Positions 37,581 to 42,691 of a stretch of DNA of 42,691 nucleotides are shown piece after piece. The position numbers and the translations under genes are program-made. How positions within the stretch are numbered: the first letter of the stretch is position 1; each line of letters begins with the position of its first letter. Origin of the DNA: Diploschistes diacapsis (taxonomy: Eukaryota); assembly GCA_023645945.1 (NCBI GenBank), contig JALAIB010000041.1, forward strand, positions 1 to 42,691. Reading direction: 5' to 3'. Under the pieces are notes generated by a model that worked only from the letters and a program-made list of their open reading frames with translations, had not been told where the DNA came from and did not search any database.

Positions 37581-40500
37581 ATGTCTAATCACCCAGCTGC
37601 CGCCCTTCTGAACCCCAAGTCCTTGAAGCAAAATCTTGTCAGCGGTACTTACCCTACATCTCCTTCTGCGATTTACATTCCCTGTATTACTTCTTCATCT
37701 CCTCGAGTTTTATGATACGGCATCTCAAGCCTACCATCCATTCTCTTCTTCTTTGCATCCCCAAGACGTGACTACCGCGTCCACTTCCAATCTATCAAAT
37801 ATGTCTTTTGCTCCTGAGCCTCAGCCTGAAAGGATGACTCTTCACTCTGAAAGTGAAGGCCAGTCTCAGCTGGAGCAAAGTTCATCACAAGGCGTGGGAA
37901 ATCTCACTTCGGACCCGTCCATTCCTTCCGTTGATCAACAGTCCAGCACCACTTCTCTAATATCCCCTTTATCTCCATCACTTGCTTCACATCCCAATTC
38001 TTCTTCAACCTTTCAACTAGACTTGCGCGACGCTGGAAAATATTCAGCGATAGAAGACCGATCGGCTTACACAATGTCTGACAATGAAGGTCGTCAGAAG
38101 CCGCAGGCTCCTGCTACAGCGAAGCCCTTTCAGGCTGACCCGACGACCTTGCTGAATCCCAAATGGTCTTTCTCGCCTCAGCAATCAAACGGCCGAGGTG
38201 ATAGAAGCCCGCTCAAGAGGAGCACGCCAATTCCCTCGCCAGCTAACTCCCTTGTACCTCAGCCACTGTTCGATTTTACCAAACCGTCGAACGGTCATTC
38301 CGAGGATGGCCAAGAAGACGAGGGCAATGGTGATGACGCGGGCGGGCCCAACGGTATCTCAAGCTTGATCGAAGAAGCGCATGGGGTCAAAGAACGTGAG
38401 TATCGCCCAATGAAGAAGCAGAAGACGACTCATGACGGCAATTCGGCTTCTTGGGCTGGGGGGAAAGGTGGTGATGTTTCCAACCATTTTCAAAGCCTTG
38501 GAAAAGAAGAGTCCCAGAATTCCGAGCAAGAAGACGTGGGAGAGCCATCCACGTCACAAGGAACGCTTGTTGGTACCTCTACGCAGGACCTTCAGAAACT
38601 TTACCAGCAGGCGAAGCCAGGGTCAGTAGTTGATTTGACAGAGGGTGAGCCTCATAATAGCTAAAGCAGTCTGAGATTACTGACTCCACGCAGACGCAGA
38701 TGATGAGGAGGTTACAATTACGGGTAGTGTAGCAAAAGTCCACGATCCAGGAGACGAAGAGGTCTGCTTCGGGACCGTTGACAAGGCCGAGATCTCAGCA
38801 CACCGCATTCCAGCACCAGCACCGAAAGCTGCGGCCATGATCAAGGGCCATTGGCCGATGATCAAGGTCAATCTCGTCCGCCATCAGAATAGGAAAAACC
38901 AGCATATCATCGCATACGATGGGGAGGGTAGAGACTTTGGCAATCTTGTTCCGCGCATTTCATACGGGCTTTCGATCTTTGTCGATCATGCCATGGTATC
39001 TCGGATGCAGGGTCGCTTACTGAATCGGAAACGGGGCGCGTTCGAAATTCCTGGCCAAGCCATCTCCGAGAACCTAAGCCTGACGCTAAACTTGTATGGA
39101 AAACGGAAGCACGCCAAGGCAGTTACTACGGGCTTGGCCAATAAAAGGATACTGTTAAAGCGACCTCTGCAATATGACCGTCAGACAGAGTACGTTAATC
39201 CGCTCGAAGAAGACGCTAATGCAAGGATGAGAAGCGCTGGGGCTGGCAGACCTTTGGGATACTCTACGGGCCTTTCTAGGACAGTCGAGGAGATCGAAAC
39301 AAATGTCATGAGAGTCTTCGACAGCTCCCAGGAAGCGACTGACATTCCGGAGGCCGAAGCAGATGCAACCATCGTCAAGACGCCTCTTCTCCCTCACCAA
39401 AAGCAGGCCCTCCACTTCATGACCATCCGCGAGTTGGACGAGAACGAGCCAAAGGAAGAAGGGGCCGAGGATGAGACTCCGATCTATCACGGCAACTCTC
39501 TGTGGCACGTAAGAAAGGACAGAACCGGGAAAGTCCAATATTACAACATTATCGTGGACTGTACACAGCCTGACAAGCCCGACAACTGCCGTGGAGGCAT
39601 CTTAGCGGATATGATGGGATTAGGGAAGACACTGAGTGTGCTGTCGCTATGTGCCTCGACGACCCGTACGGCTCAGATGTGGGCTTCTACTGCTCCTACC
39701 ATTACTGTCGATTTTGTAAAGTTGAAGAACATCAAATCTACCCTGCTTGTGGCACCTTTGAGCGTCCTATCGAATTGGTATGTTCTCTCGCACCTTCCAA
39801 GCATGAAGTACTGACGGTGGTGTCCAGGGAAGAGCAAATCAAAACCCATACGCACCCCAAGACCATGAACTTCTACGTGTACCACTCGAAGAACCGTGAG
39901 TCTAATCTCGAAGCGCTTGGGCAGTACGACCTGATCATCACCACCTATTCCATCGTTTCTTCTGAGTTGCATCGTACCCGCACAGCACGCAAGAACGACG
40001 CAGTGAGTCCATTCCGCGCACTCAACTTCTTTCGCATTGTCCTTGATGAAGCGCACGCCATCAGAGAGCCATCGACACTCCAAAGCCGAGCAATCTGTAC
40101 GTTGAACAGTCCTAGGAGATGGGCCGTTACTGGAACTCCTGTCCAAAACAAACTTGAAGACTTTGGAAGCCTTCTCAGATTCATCAAGCTGTCGCCCTTT
40201 GATACTCATTTCCGTCAAACCATCATCACGCCCTTCAAGCTCGCGGACCCTAGTGTGATCCCTAAGCTGAGGCTGCTTGTTGACTCGGTTACTCTTCGAC
40301 GAACCAAAGACCGACTGGATCTGCCGGAGCGTGACGACCAAGTTGTTACTTTGCAATTTTCAGAACATGAGGAGAAGCTATACAAATGGTTTGCCGTTGA
40401 TGCGAGGAGGAAGATGGCGGCACTCAGTGCTCAGCAGAACATGGCCGGCAAGCGTTGGCATGCAAGTACAACCCTTTCTTTTTCCTTGCAGTCCAATGCA

Positions 40501-41622
40501 CCCCCCGTAGTGTTTGTAGTCGCTTGGGAAAAAGCAGCGAGTATCAGGCACGGCAAGGTCATCCGCTAATCATCGTTCATGCAGACATTCTTACGGACAA
40601 TTCTTGCTTGCCGTACCATCTGTGATGCTAGTGATCTACTCAATGAAGAAGACATGAAGCTTGCTCAAGGATATTCTGAGGGCATGCCGATCGATATTGA
40701 CGATGAAGACGCAAATCCAGAGATGAGTGACCGCACAGCTTATGAGATGCTTGCGCTGTTCGAGGAAAGCGACATGGTGTCCTGCGCTCGCTGCAAAGAG
40801 AATCTGCTAGAGAAGGAGCCGGAAAACGGCGTGATTGGACATATGATGGAATGCTTCCAAATTATCTGCCCGTCTTGCATCGCGGATTTTCAGAAACAAG
40901 TCGAGCAGATTAAAGATGGCAACACCTTCAAATGTCCATTCTGCGATATCGATCCGGTAGCGGATCGATACTTCGAGCTCACTATGGAAGGCTTTGATAA
41001 AGCAAAGCTCCGCGCCGAGGAGTTAAGGAAGAAGCCCCGTCATCAGAAGATGATTTCCAGATACAGTGGACCCAGTACGAAGACTAATGCCCTACTGGGT
41101 TTTCTGGAGGAATCACGCGCGGACGACAGTAAGCACCCAGAAAAGCCCAACAAGAGCGTCATTTTCTCCTGCTGGACTACATATCTCGATCTCCTCGAAA
41201 TCGCACTCTGTGAACCCGAGAAGCCTTTCAACTTTGTCCGTCTTGACGGCAAAATGACACGAGAGAAACGCGTGGCTAGCCTGCGTGCTTTTAACGACAA
41301 CCCAGACATTACTGTTCTGCTTGCGAGTATTGGTACGGGAGGACTCGGGCTTAACCTTACTGTTGCCAACAACGTCTACATCATGGAGCCGCAATGGAAT
41401 CCAGCCGCCGAGGCGCAGGCTGTAGATCGAGTCCATCGTCTGGGCCAGAAGCGCGACGTTAGGACCGTACGCTTCATCGTGGAGGGGTCTATCGAGGGCG
41501 GCATGGTTGACATGCAGAAGAAGAAACTGGACCTGGCGGAATTGAGCATGACGAAGAAGAAGTTGGACAGGAAGGAGACGGCCAAGGAGCGGTTGATGAA
41601 CCTTGTTTCTCTGTTCAAGTGA
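37581..41622 (+). CDS. SNF2-family ATPase, RAD5/HLTF(SMARCA3)-like with HIRAN-like region and inserted RING; introns 38645-38693, 39778-39827, 40462-40584 (GC-AG); 5' end uncertain (37581 plus an intron, or 37801/38074)
   Basis: TPLLPHQKQAL, GGILADMMGLGKT, TLLVAPLSVLSNW|EEQI, RIVLDEAH, RRWAVTGTPVQN, RING CARC..CPSC..CPFC, KSVIFS.WT, GLGLNLTVA, MEPQWNPAAEAQAVDRVHRLGQ. Confidence 0.93.
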
Positions 41623-42558
41623 GCACCGAAGACTTGCTGCTTGCGCTCCTAACCTGAGCTCGGTTCCGCATTGTCCAGTGATTCAAGGAACTATCGCAGC
41701 AATTGCCCTTTCATACAACGTCTTGGCTGTTTCGTTTACGATACCAGCCTGGACAACAACCTTGTTCCCAAATTTTTTTTAGGAAACGAGCTTAACGGGA
41801 TACAAGGCAGTAGCTGCATGAACAGGAGTTTTCGAGACGAAGCAAGGCAAGGACAAGGGACACTGGTTGTGGGAATGGGTCACTGTGAGCAAGATCGTAT
41901 GGTGGCGTATTTGGCATGCATACGGTCTTGCGTTCTACAGGATAATGGAATGGTAATAAACGTGACACGGACAGACGTTGCTTCTTTGATACCCAGCATA
42001 CTTAGCATTCAGGTACGAAATAGACGGATATCGAAAGTGACTGACAATGCCGTGACAGTGCAACGACAACCACACAACCTCTCAACCAGAATCTCACCAC
42101 ATCTGCACTTCTTTATCGCCGTTACGGCACCTCCCCATCACCAACATCCTCGTCCCCTACACCCCAACCCACCCATTCTCCTCCCCCAAAAAAAAGGCCC
42201 TACATACATACACCCATGCAGAGCCCCATCTCGTATATTCCTTCCCACCCTCTTCCCCACATAATGAACCCACACACAACTGAACGCACAATACATCCCC
42301 CTACCCATTCTTAATCCCTTTACCCAGGGTACTCCAAAAACAACCTCCCCCCCCAACAACGGGCCTGAACAAAAGCTACGCTACTCCCACCCCTATCCTA
42401 GCCCTCTAGTCTACCGGTCCCAAAATCCCAGCCACCACAACCGCTACCTAATCTAATATCCGCGGGCTCCAAACCCTCAGGTCTGACCTCCTGGCCTCGT
42501 CTTTTTCGCAGCTACTTGTTGTAAAGTAGACAAAACATGGTCACACTATCCTGCTGCC

Positions 42559-42576
42559 GTTGTTGTTGTTGTTGTT
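42559..42576 (+). repeat. (GTT)6 microsatellite
   Basis: Read directly from the sequence. Confidence 0.9.
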
Positions 42577-42691
42577 GTACGACGATGGGACGGGGATGGG
42601 ATGGGACGGGGGAGAAAGTGGGGGACAGATAGAACGCGGGAGAAAGTAATATGGCAGGATACGGGGCCTGTTATTCGGGGATGGTGGTTTT

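Noticed and set aside
41671..42264. 197-aa ORF downstream of the SNF2 gene
   Set aside because: TTG start, no motifs, lies in 3' UTR/low-complexity sequence

Overview
Eukaryotic (filamentous ascomycete, Pezizomycotina-type) genomic DNA with short spliceosomal introns. Left end: divergent TMS1/Serinc (minus strand, runs off the window) and an 8-intron MCH1-like MFS transporter. Positions ~3.5-21.7 kb are an ~18 kb gene-poor block in which I can support no intact gene. It holds a frameshifted Ty3/gypsy reverse-transcriptase relic, a 235-nt imperfect foldback (18873-19107), a possible decayed ~870 bp inverted-repeat element and several decayed ORF scraps. Positions 21.8-41.6 kb are a compact housekeeping block: an uncharacterised membrane protein, ARH1, IRC3, RRN5, SPC24, FIS1, a RING-H2 E3 ligase, LSB6 and a RAD5/HLTF-like SNF2 helicase. 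The most notable observations are the long hairpin, three inferred GC-AG introns among ~23 modelled (two consecutive in MCH1) and a stop-free in-frame intron just after the IRC3 Walker A motif. All gene models were built by hand and no database searches were run. I see no clear evidence of a multi-gene novel system.
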